The translations under genes and the position numbers were made by a program. The notes beneath the pieces were generated by a model, which searched no databases, was not told the origin of the DNA, and saw only the letters and a program-made list of their open reading frames with translations. 32,000 nucleotides of DNA from contig OY781039.1 of NCBI GenBank assembly GCA_963676105.1, forward strand, positions 1,620,001 to 1,652,000. The letters run 5' to 3'. Positions 1 through 8,774 of the stretch are shown in pieces; the first letter of the stretch is position 1; each line of letters opens with the position of its first letter. The stretch comes from Erysipelotrichaceae bacterium (lineage in GTDB: Bacteria > Bacillota_I > Bacilli_A > Erysipelotrichales > Erysipelotrichaceae).

Positions 1-1090
1 TATCAAATAATTCACCAGTTAAGCGATGACCACCATAAGCTAGTTTTGCGCCTTCATCTAAACCAATTTGAATATAGTTTAAAACTGACTTCATTTGTTT
101 TTCACTGATTAAGGTAGCCATACGTGTATCTTCGTTTTCAGGTAAGCCAACCTTAACTTTCTTAAATATACTAATCATCTTTTCAAGTGTTTCTTCATAT
201 ATTGACTCATGAATAAAAACACGTGATCCTGCATTACATACTTGTCCTTGTCCATAAAGGATTCCTAGTACGGCACCTTCAACAGCTTTTTCCATTGGTG
301 CATCGGGGAAAAGAATATTCGCTGATTTTCCACCCAATTCAAGGGAAACGGGGATAACATTTTTAGAAGCTGTTTTCGCAATATTCATCCCAACACCTGT
401 TGATCCAGTAAAGGCAACTTTATTAATGTCAGGATGTTCAACCATTGACTGACCAACAACTGATCCTGCACCAGTGACAATATTAAATACACCAGCAGGA
501 ATAATATCTTGAGTAAGTTTCGCAAGTTCTAAAATAGAAACAGGTGTTAAGTCAGCTGGTTTCATGACAATCGTATTACCAGCTGCTAAAGCTGGGGCAA
601 TCTTCCATCCACCTAAAAGAAAAGGAAAGTTCCAAGGAATAATCTGCGCAACAACACCATAAGGTTCACGCATCACAAAAGCCATATTGTCTTGATCAAA
701 ACGTGTAAATGAATCTTCTTCAGCACGAACAAGGGCAGCAAAATAAGCAAATTGATCAGCAATAGCTTTAACATCTTCACGTGTTTCAACAATCGGCTTA
801 CCACTATCGAGCGTTTCTGTGTGGGCTAAATATTCTAAATTCACTTCGATGACATCTTTGATTTTGAGTAAGATAGTACTTCTTTCAATGGGTGTCGTTT
901 TCTTCCACACTTTAAAAGCCTTCCGTGCAGCTTTAACGGCTAGATCGACATCTTCACTTGTACCACGGTAAACTTTTGCGATTATTTCGCCCGTAGCAGG
1001 GTTTTTTACTTCTTCAGTTTCTTTTTTTACAGATGGAATAAATTCTCCACCAATAAAAACACCATATTCTTGATAGCTATATTTCATCAT
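1..1090 (-). CDS. NAD(P)+-dependent aldehyde dehydrogenase (partial; C-terminus lies beyond the window edge)
   Basis: Absent from the ORF track because it runs off the edge. My minus-strand translation from ATG 1090 gives MMKYSYQEYGVFIGGEF... with ALDH hallmarks PWNFP, ELGGKS (catalytic Glu) and GQGQVCNAGSR (catalytic Cys). The start overlaps the upstream stop as TAATG. Confidence 0.85.
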   Translation of the reverse strand, partial: MMKYSYQEYGVFIGGEFIPSVKKETEEVKNPATGEIIAKVYRGTSEDVDLAVKAARKAFKVWKKTTPIERSTILLKIKDVIEVNLEYLAHTETLDSGKPIVETREDVKAIADQFAYFAALVRAEEDSFTRFDQDNMAFVMREPYGVVAQIIPWNFPFLLGGWKIAPALAAGNTIVMKPADLTPVSILELAKLTQDIIPAGVFNIVTGAGSVVGQSMVEHPDINKVAFTGSTGVGMNIAKTASKNVIPVSLELGGKSANILFPDAPMEKAVEGAVLGILYGQGQVCNAGSRVFIHESIYEETLEKMISIFKKVKVGLPENEDTRMATLISEKQMKSVLNYIQIGLDEGAKLAYGGHRLTGELFD

Positions 1091-2709
1091 TAAACTCCTA
1101 ATTTCCAATCTTTAACATGGACTTCTATTAATGTTGGATAGTGTGTATTGAAAGCATCTTCACATGCTTTTTTAAACTCTGTTTTATTTGTTGGTCGAAC
1201 ACCTATCATTGAATAAGCTTCTGCTAATTTCATAAAGTTTAGTGGTGCACTATCAACTGCGATGAGTTGTTCAAAATCCATAGCTTGCTCATTGCGTTTG
1301 ATTTCACCATATCCATCATTGTTGAAAATGATAATTGGTAAGTTTTGTTTATTCTCACACGCAACAGCTAATTCTTGTAGCGTGAATTGGAAACCACCAT
1401 CACCACTAATCGTAATGATTCGTTTATCTTTTTGAGAAAACTTTGCGCCAACTGCAGCTGGCATGGAATAACCTAAAGTTCCAAATCCTGCAGGATGACA
1501 AAAACTTAAAGGGTGAGTACTTTTATATTCGCTAATGCCAATATAAGCAGGGCTACACATGTCGGCAAATAAATGGCCTTTTTCACCCAAGACTTCACTG
1601 ATGACGTCTAAGACTTCTACACCCATCTCAAAGCTTGTATGATTTCCACAGATATCTGAGGTAATGGCTTTAGTAGAATCCACTAAGTTTCTAACGGTAG
1701 ATTTTGTGTCTAAATTTTTAACGTTCACTTTATCTAAGATATAAGAGACAATCGTTTTCGCATCACCCAATAGACCAATATCAGCTTGTGGATATCGATA
1801 GAAGATATCTGCGTCTAGATCTATTTGAATGAGTTGTCCATTTAAGTTTAGTTTAGAATCCCATAAATCAGTAGGTGCTAATTGTGATCCAATTGCGATG
1901 ATTAGATCACAGTTATTAATATGTTCATTGACTAAAGGATAGTGTAAGCGTGCGCCTAAAGATAATGGATGATTATCAGATACAACCCCTTTACCTGCGG
2001 CGGTTGTGATCACTGCTGCATTTAATTTTTCAGCTAGCGCAGTGATTTCTTGTGAAGCATTGATTGCTCCGCCACCACAAATAATACAGATGTTTTGTTC
2101 GTTGTTAATTAAATTAATGGCATTATCTATATTTAATGGATTAAATGATGATTTTATCTTAAAGCTGTTTTCACTTAATTCATAATCAATGAATTGGTCT
2201 AAGATATCTAAAGGTATTTCAACATGAACCGGACCAGGACGTCCAGATAGTGATAGATGGTAGGCATCTTTAATAATCGATTCTATATGTTCAATTGATT
2301 CAATACTTCGTGACTCTTTGGTTACAGAGCTACTCATGATAGTTGAGTTTCTAAGTTCATGTAGAGTACCAGTATTTTGATTCTTAATATTAGTTGGCAA
2401 CTGTGTCGAGATGACCAACATCGCAACGCTATCTTGATAAGCTTGACCCATTGGGGTCATGATATTAGTTAACCCTGGACCAGTAATAGTAAGCGCAATG
2501 CCTACTTTATCTGAAATACGAGAATAGCCATCTGCCATAAAACCAGCGCCCGCTTCATTTTTAACAGTAACCGCATTGATCTTACTTTTAAGCAACGATT
2601 TATAGATTTTTAAATTATGTACACCAGGGATTCCAAAAAGGGTGTCTACCCCTAACTGTTCCAATGTTTGAACCAGTATATCGGCACCTGTTTTTTGTTT
2701 ATTATTCAT
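1090..2709 (-). CDS. Thiamine-pyrophosphate-dependent enzyme of the acetolactate-synthase-like superfamily (likely a 2-oxoacid decarboxylase; resembles the 5-guanidino-2-oxopentanoate decarboxylase/AruI-like subgroup from memory)
   Basis: ORF-track frame 1090..2736. The preferred start is ATG 2709 (MNNKQK...), 4 nt after AGGAGG (2714-2719). Motifs: GIPGVH, NEAGAGFMADGYSR, ITGPGLTN, MGQAYQDS, GTLHEL, and the C-terminal TPP motif GDGGFQF...NNDGYG. Confidence 0.8.
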   Translation of the reverse strand: MNNKQKTGADILVQTLEQLGVDTLFGIPGVHNLKIYKSLLKSKINAVTVKNEAGAGFMADGYSRISDKVGIALTITGPGLTNIMTPMGQAYQDSVAMLVISTQLPTNIKNQNTGTLHELRNSTIMSSSVTKESRSIESIEHIESIIKDAYHLSLSGRPGPVHVEIPLDILDQFIDYELSENSFKIKSSFNPLNIDNAINLINNEQNICIICGGGAINASQEITALAEKLNAAVITTAAGKGVVSDNHPLSLGARLHYPLVNEHINNCDLIIAIGSQLAPTDLWDSKLNLNGQLIQIDLDADIFYRYPQADIGLLGDAKTIVSYILDKVNVKNLDTKSTVRNLVDSTKAITSDICGNHTSFEMGVEVLDVISEVLGEKGHLFADMCSPAYIGISEYKSTHPLSFCHPAGFGTLGYSMPAAVGAKFSQKDKRIITISGDGGFQFTLQELAVACENKQNLPIIIFNNDGYGEIKRNEQAMDFEQLIAVDSAPLNFMKLAEAYSMIGVRPTNKTEFKKACEDAFNTHYPTLIEVHVKDWKLGV

Positions 2710-2735
2710 TTGACCTCCTAAAACAATACTATTCA

Positions 2736-2765
2736 ATTATAGCGTAGGGTCCTTTTAATTACCAA
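2736..2765 (-). promoter_or_regulatory. Putative sigma-A-type promoter of the TPP-enzyme/ALDH operon (AAATTGGTA - 18 nt - TATAAT)
   Basis: Minus strand reads CAAAATTGGTA ATTAAAAGGACCCTACGC TATAAT. The -10 is at 2736-2741 and the -35 at 2760-2765, about 25 nt upstream of the SD. Confidence 0.45.
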
Positions 2766-2881
2766 TTTTGAGGCGTTTGCATTTAGTTTATAAAGTCTTT
2801 AAGATGATAGTTAATGTTTAGACAATCATTGTAGTTATTAAACTTACATAAGATTGGTTTTTATATGAAAGGAATTGAATA

Positions 2882-3856
2882 ATGAAAATATTAATTTGTA
2901 GTTATGAAGAATTATTAAGCATGTATACGCCATATGCATTACAAGCGTTGAATGAGTATTTACCTGAAGCGGAAATAGTTGTTAGTCATTATACAGATGA
3001 AGCTAAGTTAATTTCGGACTTAAAGGATGTAGATGGATTAATAACTTTCTTTATTCCAATCACTCGTAAAGTAATAGCATCAACACAAATGTTAAAGTAT
3101 ATATCTGTTGCGAGTACAGGTTATTCTAATGTTGATATGGATGCTTGTAATGATTTCGATATAAAGGTTGCAAATATAAAAGAATATTGCACTGATGAAG
3201 TTGCAGATCATACGATGTCACTTATCTTAGCTTTAGCTAGAAAGATCACTGTTTTAAATGAACAAGTTAAGCAAGAACATATTTGGGACTATACAAGTGC
3301 CGGACAAATTCATCGTTTAAGTCAACATACATTAGGTTTATTTGGTTTTGGAAGAATTGGTCAAGCGGTTGCGAAACGTGCTAAAGCCTTTGGAATAAAG
3401 GTTATTGCCTTTGACCCCTATTTACCAGAAGAGATTGCGGCAGCACAAGAGGTTAAACTTGTGAGTGTTGAGACAATACAAGCTGAAGCAAGTATCATTT
3501 CTAATCATATGAATGCAAGTGATAAGAATACTGATTTCTTTAATGCTGATTTTTTTAAACATTGTAAACAAAAACCAATATTTATAAATGTAGGTCGTGG
3601 ACAAAGTGTTGATGAGGATGCCTTAATAGAAGCTTTAGATAAAGTATATATTCAAAGTGCAGGGTTAGATGTCTTTAAGTCTGAAGACCCTAATTTAAGT
3701 GAAATGAAACTAATTCAACATTCGCATACAATCGTGACTCCACATGCAGCTTTCTATTCGGAAGAAGCGATTGAAGATAGTGATCGTATATCTGTCATGA
3801 ATATGATTCATTCATTGAAAGATGAGCACGATAAAGTATTTGCATTTGTAAATTAA
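2882..3856 (+). CDS. D-isomer-specific 2-hydroxyacid dehydrogenase (NAD-binding)
   Basis: 324 aa. Rossmann motif GLFGFGRIGQAV. Catalytic Arg (NVGRGQSVD), Glu (GLDVF..E) and His (VTPHAAF) context. SD-like AAAGGAA upstream. Confidence 0.85.
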   Translation: MKILICSYEELLSMYTPYALQALNEYLPEAEIVVSHYTDEAKLISDLKDVDGLITFFIPITRKVIASTQMLKYISVASTGYSNVDMDACNDFDIKVANIKEYCTDEVADHTMSLILALARKITVLNEQVKQEHIWDYTSAGQIHRLSQHTLGLFGFGRIGQAVAKRAKAFGIKVIAFDPYLPEEIAAAQEVKLVSVETIQAEASIISNHMNASDKNTDFFNADFFKHCKQKPIFINVGRGQSVDEDALIEALDKVYIQSAGLDVFKSEDPNLSEMKLIQHSHTIVTPHAAFYSEEAIEDSDRISVMNMIHSLKDEHDKVFAFVN

Positions 3857-3867
3857 TAAACTTAAAA

Positions 3868-3894
3868 AAGGCTTAACCATTATGGTTAAGCCTT
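3868..3894. terminator. Bidirectional intrinsic terminator between convergent genes
   Basis: Perfect 11-bp stem AAGGCTTAACC / GGTTAAGCCTT with loop ATTAT. An A-run lies on one side and T-rich sequence on the other. Confidence 0.6.
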
Positions 3895-3898
3895 AAGT

Positions 3899-5137
3899 TT
3901 ATTTGGCTTTTTGAGCTTCTTTAATCTCTTCTTTATCTTCGACTGTTAATTCATCTTTATCAGCTAAAGCGGAAATAACGGATGCTTTGGAGATAATACC
4001 CATTAACTTATTATTTTTATCAACAACAGGTAGTGGATATGGATTATTAACTGATGGGGCTAGTGCATCATGGATAATTGTATCTAAGTCTAATGTTGTT
4101 AGATCTTTGATGAAAGTATCTTTGTTTAATACTTTATTATCCTTTTGTTTAGTTGCCTCATCTAAAGTAATGATACCTTCAAGTTCCATGTCTGCATTAA
4201 CAACGTAAGCAGAGGATACTTGGTTAACTTTCATTTCCTGAATAGCACGTTTAGGTCCATCACCGTATTTTAGAATACAGCTAGGTGTCATCATGATATT
4301 TTGTACTGTGACAATCTTAGTGATATCAGCACCTTCTACGAAGTTCTCTACATACTCATCAGCAGGATTTGTTAACATATCCTCTGGTGTGTCAATTTGA
4401 ATGACTTGACCATCACGCATAATCGCAACACGGTCACCTAATTTAAAAGCTTCGTTTATATCATGAGTAATGAAGATAATTGTTTTCTTCATTTTTTGTT
4501 GAATTTTTAAGAGTTCAAATTGCATATCTCTTTTAACAAGTGGATCTAAGGCAGAGAATGGTTCATCCATTAGTAGAATCTCAGGATCGTTAGCTAAAGC
4601 TCTGGCAAGACCAACACGTTGTTTCATCCCACCTGATAATTGTGAGATTTGGTATTGATCAAATCCTTTTAGACCAACGAGTTCAATCATTTCTAATGAC
4701 TTCTTTTCACGCTCTTCTTTAGAAGTGCCTTTTATTTCAAGACCAAGAGCTACATTATCCATAACAGTACGATGTGGAATTAAACCGAAATGTTGGAAAA
4801 CCATCGCAATTTTATTACGTCTGAAATCCATAAGCTCTTGTTTAGTATACTTTTGAACGTTGTCACCTTCGTAGTGAACTGAACCTTCACTTGGAACGTT
4901 AAGTCCATTGAAACATCTAACTAATGTGGATTTACCAGAACCGGATAATCCAATGATGACAAACATTTCGCCTTTTTTAACTTCAAAATTTACGTTATTT
5001 AAGGCAACGTTACAGCCTGTTTTATCTAAGATTTCTGATTTTTTAGCACCTTTTTTAATCATGGCCTTCGCTTTTTCTTTGTTTGGACCATAGAACTTAA
5101 ATAGGTTTTCTACGCGTAAATAAGTTTGCTTACTCAT
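3899..5137 (-). CDS. opuAA: Glycine betaine/proline betaine-type ABC transporter ATP-binding protein with C-terminal tandem CBS domains
   Basis: 412 aa. Walker A GLSGSGKST, signature LSGGMKQRV, Walker B LLMDEPFSALD, ITHD. The C-terminal ~130 aa is CBS-like and followed by a charged tail. ATGA overlap with the upstream permease gene. Confidence 0.9.
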   Translation of the reverse strand: MSKQTYLRVENLFKFYGPNKEKAKAMIKKGAKKSEILDKTGCNVALNNVNFEVKKGEMFVIIGLSGSGKSTLVRCFNGLNVPSEGSVHYEGDNVQKYTKQELMDFRRNKIAMVFQHFGLIPHRTVMDNVALGLEIKGTSKEEREKKSLEMIELVGLKGFDQYQISQLSGGMKQRVGLARALANDPEILLMDEPFSALDPLVKRDMQFELLKIQQKMKKTIIFITHDINEAFKLGDRVAIMRDGQVIQIDTPEDMLTNPADEYVENFVEGADITKIVTVQNIMMTPSCILKYGDGPKRAIQEMKVNQVSSAYVVNADMELEGIITLDEATKQKDNKVLNKDTFIKDLTTLDLDTIIHDALAPSVNNPYPLPVVDKNNKLMGIISKASVISALADKDELTVEDKEEIKEAQKAK

Positions 5138-6003
5138 GCATTATCCTCCTGACTAGCTTCAATTTTTGACCAACCTTGGCTTAAACGGTCAAGAAGAATT
5201 GCGATAATAACAACAGCTGTACCGGAAACAAGTCCGCGTCCAACTTCGATACGGTTAACAGAAATTAAGACTTCCATACCTAAACCAGTAACACCAATCA
5301 TTGATGTTGTGACAACCATAGACATAGCCATCATGATGGTTTGGTTAACACCCGCCATAATGGTTGGGAAGGCTTGTGGAATTTTAACTTTAACTAAAGC
5401 TTGCATTTGAGTAGCCCCAAATGAATGGACCGCTTCAACTAATTCTTTATCAACTTGTCTGATACCTAAGTCAGTTAATCGAATAATTGGAACAATCGCA
5501 TAAATGGTTGTTGCGAGTGTACCTGGCACTCGACCTAAACCAAATAGGATAATAGCCGGAATAAGGTAAACAAAGACTGGCATCGTTTGCATAGTATCTA
5601 AGATTGGTCGAATGACATTAGACAATCGATCAGATAGAGCCATTAAGACACCGATTGGGAATCCTAGTAATAAGGATAAGAACACAGCAGCCAAGATAAT
5701 GGCTAGGGTTGTGATCATTAGGTCCCATAGACCAACTAAACCAATAAGAAATAATAATAAGCTATACAGTGTGGCGGTTAAAAATTTCTTCGTCTTCATA
5801 AACATAAGCACAAATACAAATACAATATATACCCACCACGGAATAAATTGGAGTATGTTACCGATGCTTGTTAACCAGAAATTAAGGATATCTCTAATAA
5901 TACTTAAGATCCAGTCAGCATCTCTAGCGAATTGTCTAAATGCTGTGTCAATTGCGCCAGTGTTGATTTCAACCACAAATGGAAAATCAAAAAATGGATT
6001 CAT
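5134..6003 (-). CDS. opuAB: Glycine betaine/proline betaine-type ABC transporter permease
   Basis: 289 aa, multi-pass hydrophobic. ProW/OpuAB-like N-terminus and an EAA-like loop (VDKELVEAVHSFGAT). Translationally coupled to opuAA. Confidence 0.9.
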   Translation of the reverse strand: MNPFFDFPFVVEINTGAIDTAFRQFARDADWILSIIRDILNFWLTSIGNILQFIPWWVYIVFVFVLMFMKTKKFLTATLYSLLLFLIGLVGLWDLMITTLAIILAAVFLSLLLGFPIGVLMALSDRLSNVIRPILDTMQTMPVFVYLIPAIILFGLGRVPGTLATTIYAIVPIIRLTDLGIRQVDKELVEAVHSFGATQMQALVKVKIPQAFPTIMAGVNQTIMMAMSMVVTTSMIGVTGLGMEVLISVNRIEVGRGLVSGTAVVIIAILLDRLSQGWSKIEASQEDNA

Positions 6004-6076
6004 TTATTTTCTCTCTCTTTCTCTAAATTAATTTACATAGGACAAACAAAAAGTTGTTTTTACAAACCTTCTTTGT

Positions 6077-6121
6077 CTTATCAGATGATTAAATCTGCCA
6101 ACGTATACATCTATTTTAACA
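6077..6121 (-). promoter_or_regulatory. Extended -10 promoter (TGTTAAAAT) plus conserved inverted repeat for the permease/ATPase operon
   Basis: Minus strand: TGTTAAAAT (6113-6121), 10 nt, then GTTGGCAGAT-TTAATC-ATCTGATAAG (6102-6077). The same element occupies the same position in the three binding-protein genes. Confidence 0.4.
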
Positions 6122-6202
6122 AAATTGCCTTTTTTAAGCGAATACCCATAAAATATGGACACATACTTAAAGGTAGTTTTGTGAAACTAGATGGATGCCT
6201 TA

Positions 6203-6243
6203 AACAAAAGAAAACGGCGTATAAGACATTCTCAAACGCCGTT
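6203..6243 (-). terminator. Rho-independent terminator of binding-protein gene 1
   Basis: Minus strand: AACGGCGT - 15-nt loop - ACGCCGTT followed by TTTCTTTTGTTT. Confidence 0.7.
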
Positions 6244-6263
6244 AATCTAAAACTAAGTTTTAC

Positions 6264-7256
6264 TTATTCAGCTAACGCAGCAAATAATGTTTCTGCATCT
6301 TCTGCAGGTAACATAGCAGCAATTAAATCTTGGTTTTCCATAATAAACCATTTAGCTGTAGTTACATAATCAGCACCAGTTTCTTGCATATAAGCAAGGG
6401 CATTTGATGTTAATTGAGAAGATGTTGTGTAATTACCTAAGAATGCATCTAGTTCTGGGTTATCATCAGCAAATCCAACACGTGTACATACTGTAACGTT
6501 GTTTGAAGGAATTTCATTTAGACCAGCTAGATAGTCTTCGTTTGTTGTATATGGATCATCTTCTAGAAGTGTTAAGTCATACATACCAGTAACCCATGTT
6601 GGTTCCCAGTAGTAAGCAACAAATGCATTACCAGCTTCATATTGAGCTGAGATATTAGCAGCTAAAGCTGAGTCAGAACCAGGTGTGAAACCAACATAGT
6701 AATCAGTTAAACCATAAGCTTCTAATTTTGCTTTTAAGATTTCATTAACTTGCCATCCAGGGATTGCTAAGTAAATAGTACTCTTAGTAGGATCTTCATC
6801 ACTAGCTTCGAATAAATCAGCGTAGTTTGCTAAGTCTTTAACAGTTTTAAGATCTGGTGCTAAAGCATCATCACCTTCAACTAAATATGTAGGTACGTAT
6901 AATCCTTGAGCGTTATCAGCAAAGTTAGTACCTTTTTCGATAATATCACCGTTAGCGATTAAATCAGGATATTGAGCAATACCATCTGACCATGTTTCTG
7001 TATAAACATCAATCTCACCACTTCTCATACCTTCGATAGTGATGTTTGTTGAACCAGGAACTTCTTCCCAAGTTGTGTTGTAGAGTGTTTCACCTACAAG
7101 ACCAACAACTGCATTGTGGAATCGAACACTATCCCATCCTGGATCAGCAAGGACAATATGTCTTTCTTCCATTGTTTCGCCTTCTTCTGATGGCGCGCTA
7201 GAACAACCAGTTAAAACTAGTAGTCCTAAAATTAAAACAACTAAAAAACGTTTCAT
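6264..7256 (-). CDS. ProX/OpuAC-family (betaine-type) substrate-binding lipoprotein, paralog 1
   Basis: 330 aa. Signal peptide with lipobox LVLTGC. Trp-box context ETWSD / IPGW / YYWEPTW, resembling E. coli ProX aromatic-cage positions. AGGAGG SD. Confidence 0.9.
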   Translation of the reverse strand: MKRFLVVLILGLLVLTGCSSAPSEEGETMEERHIVLADPGWDSVRFHNAVVGLVGETLYNTTWEEVPGSTNITIEGMRSGEIDVYTETWSDGIAQYPDLIANGDIIEKGTNFADNAQGLYVPTYLVEGDDALAPDLKTVKDLANYADLFEASDEDPTKSTIYLAIPGWQVNEILKAKLEAYGLTDYYVGFTPGSDSALAANISAQYEAGNAFVAYYWEPTWVTGMYDLTLLEDDPYTTNEDYLAGLNEIPSNNVTVCTRVGFADDNPELDAFLGNYTTSSQLTSNALAYMQETGADYVTTAKWFIMENQDLIAAMLPAEDAETLFAALAE

Positions 7257-7273
7257 TAAGAACCTCCTATTTT

Positions 7274-7341
7274 GTTATCAGATTATAAAAAACCTGCCAA
7301 CTTCTGACACTATTATACCGAAAATAAAGCATAAATGCCAA
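7274..7341 (-). promoter_or_regulatory. Promoter (AAATTGGCA - 18 nt - TATAAT) and 5'-proximal inverted repeat of paralog 1
   Basis: The -35 is at 7336-7341 and the -10 at 7312-7317. Inverted repeat GTTGGCAGGTT-TTTTAT-AATCTGATAAC at 7301-7274 ends 5 nt before the SD. Confidence 0.5.
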
Positions 7342-7420
7342 TTTCACCATGTACACGGATACGGGTGGGCCCTTTTAAGCTAGGTTCTATAAGGTTTATT
7401 AGTGAATAAAAAAATTTCAC

Positions 7421-7467
7421 AAAATTATTAAAAAAGATGCTTTATAGATTAAATCTCAAGCATCTTT
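7421..7467 (-). terminator. Rho-independent terminator of binding-protein gene 2
   Basis: Minus strand: AAAGATGCTT - loop - AAGCATCTTT followed by TTTTTAATAATTTT. Confidence 0.7.
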
Positions 7468-7492
7468 GACTATAAATTCAATAAAAAATTAA

Positions 7493-8509
7493 TTAGTTGA
7501 GTGAACTAATAACCACTTCAGCATCTTCTGCAGGCAACCAAGCTTCAACTAAATCAGTGTGTTGAGCTAAAAACCATTTTGCTGTTTCAACATAATCTGA
7601 ACCTGTATCTAACATGTAAGCCAAAGCTTCAGATGTCATTGCACTATTAGTACCATACTTACTTAAGAATGCATCGAGTTCAGTATTTTCTTCGGCAAAT
7701 CCATCACGTACCGCTAAGGTTACATTACTTGTAGGCCAATCTCCAATACCATCTTGGAAAGTATCAGCATTAAATGGCTCGTCATTGGTTAAACGAACAA
7801 AGTCATATTTACCAATTAACCATGTTGGTTCCCAATAGTAACCAACAATTGGCTCTCCAGCTTCATAAGCTTCAGTAAACATTGCAGCTAGAGCAGCATC
7901 TGATCCAGGTGCGAAATATTCAAATGGTTCACCTTCATCGTTACCATCAGTGTTTGCTAAACCATAATATTCAGTTTGATTACGTAGAATATTGTCAGCC
8001 ATCCAACCAGGGATTGCTCCATAGATTCGACCCATTCCCTCAATATCAGGATTCTCAAAAACATCAACATAATTCAGTAAGTCTTGAATTGTTTCAAGAT
8101 CTGGTGCTAATGCTTCAATACCTCTTTCTTCATCACCTTCAATGACATAGCGGGGAACATAAAGACCTTGGATAGCATCGCCAAAGTTAACACCTTTTTC
8201 GTCGATTGCACCAGAAGCTTTATCTTCTTCGTAAGTTGCGATATTGTCAGTCCAGATTTCTGTGTAGACATCAATGTCACCAGTTTTTAATGCTTCATAA
8301 GTAATGGTTGAAGAGCCTGGTACTTCCTCCCATGTATAGTTATAAGCAGTTTCTGCAATATAACCAACGACAGCGTTGTGGAATTTAATACTATCCCAGT
8401 TGGCGTCTGCCATTTTAATGTGTCCACCTGTTTCTTCAGCAGGAGCGCTAGAACAGCCTGTTAAAGCAAGCATTGCTAAGAAAGGTAAAACTAAAAAACG
8501 TTTCTTCAT
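7493..8509 (-). CDS. ProX/OpuAC-family substrate-binding lipoprotein, paralog 2 (most divergent)
   Basis: 338 aa. Lipobox LALTGC. The same Trp-box context (EIWTD / IPGW / YYWEPTW). GGAGG SD. Confidence 0.9.
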   Translation of the reverse strand: MKKRFLVLPFLAMLALTGCSSAPAEETGGHIKMADANWDSIKFHNAVVGYIAETAYNYTWEEVPGSSTITYEALKTGDIDVYTEIWTDNIATYEEDKASGAIDEKGVNFGDAIQGLYVPRYVIEGDEERGIEALAPDLETIQDLLNYVDVFENPDIEGMGRIYGAIPGWMADNILRNQTEYYGLANTDGNDEGEPFEYFAPGSDAALAAMFTEAYEAGEPIVGYYWEPTWLIGKYDFVRLTNDEPFNADTFQDGIGDWPTSNVTLAVRDGFAEENTELDAFLSKYGTNSAMTSEALAYMLDTGSDYVETAKWFLAQHTDLVEAWLPAEDAEVVISSLN

Positions 8510-8527
8510 AAAAGAACCTCCTTCTTT

Positions 8528-8594
8528 GCTATCAGATTATAAAAAACCGTCAAACAGTACCTTTATGTTAACAGTAAAAATGATTAAATACCAA
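8528..8594 (-). promoter_or_regulatory. Promoter (AAATTGGTA - 18 nt - TAACAT) and degenerate copy of the 5' inverted repeat of paralog 2
   Basis: The -35 is at 8589-8594 and the -10 at 8565-8570. Element GTTTGACGGTTTTTTATAATCTGATAGC at 8555-8528. Confidence 0.4.
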
Positions 8595-8691
8595 TTTATA
8601 TGTCTAATTTATCAATTACACGGATGCGGGTGGGTCCAAAATATCGCTTTGCAAAGGGCTAAAATTCAGTTTGTATAAAATTTACAAAAAA

Positions 8692-8736
8692 TAAAAAAAT
8701 CGGCGTTAGAGCGTTGGCAAAACTCTAATCACCGAT
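8692..8736 (-). terminator. Rho-independent terminator of binding-protein gene 3
   Basis: Minus strand: ATCGGTGATTAGAG - loop - CTCTAACGCCGAT (one bulge, one G-U) followed by TTTTTTTATTTTTT. Confidence 0.7.
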
Positions 8737-8774
8737 TGATATATTAGACACTTTTTCAAGTGATCTAAACAGTT

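Noticed and set aside
3422-6369. ORF-track entries 3422..3604(-), 3987..4208(+), 4908..5093(+), 5612..6031(+), 5932..6369(+)
   Set aside because: All lie antisense to, or run out of, strongly supported genes (2-hydroxyacid DH, opuAA, opuAB, binding protein 1). They have low-complexity or odd composition, no SD, and no recognisable motifs. They are shadow ORFs typical of AT-rich DNA.
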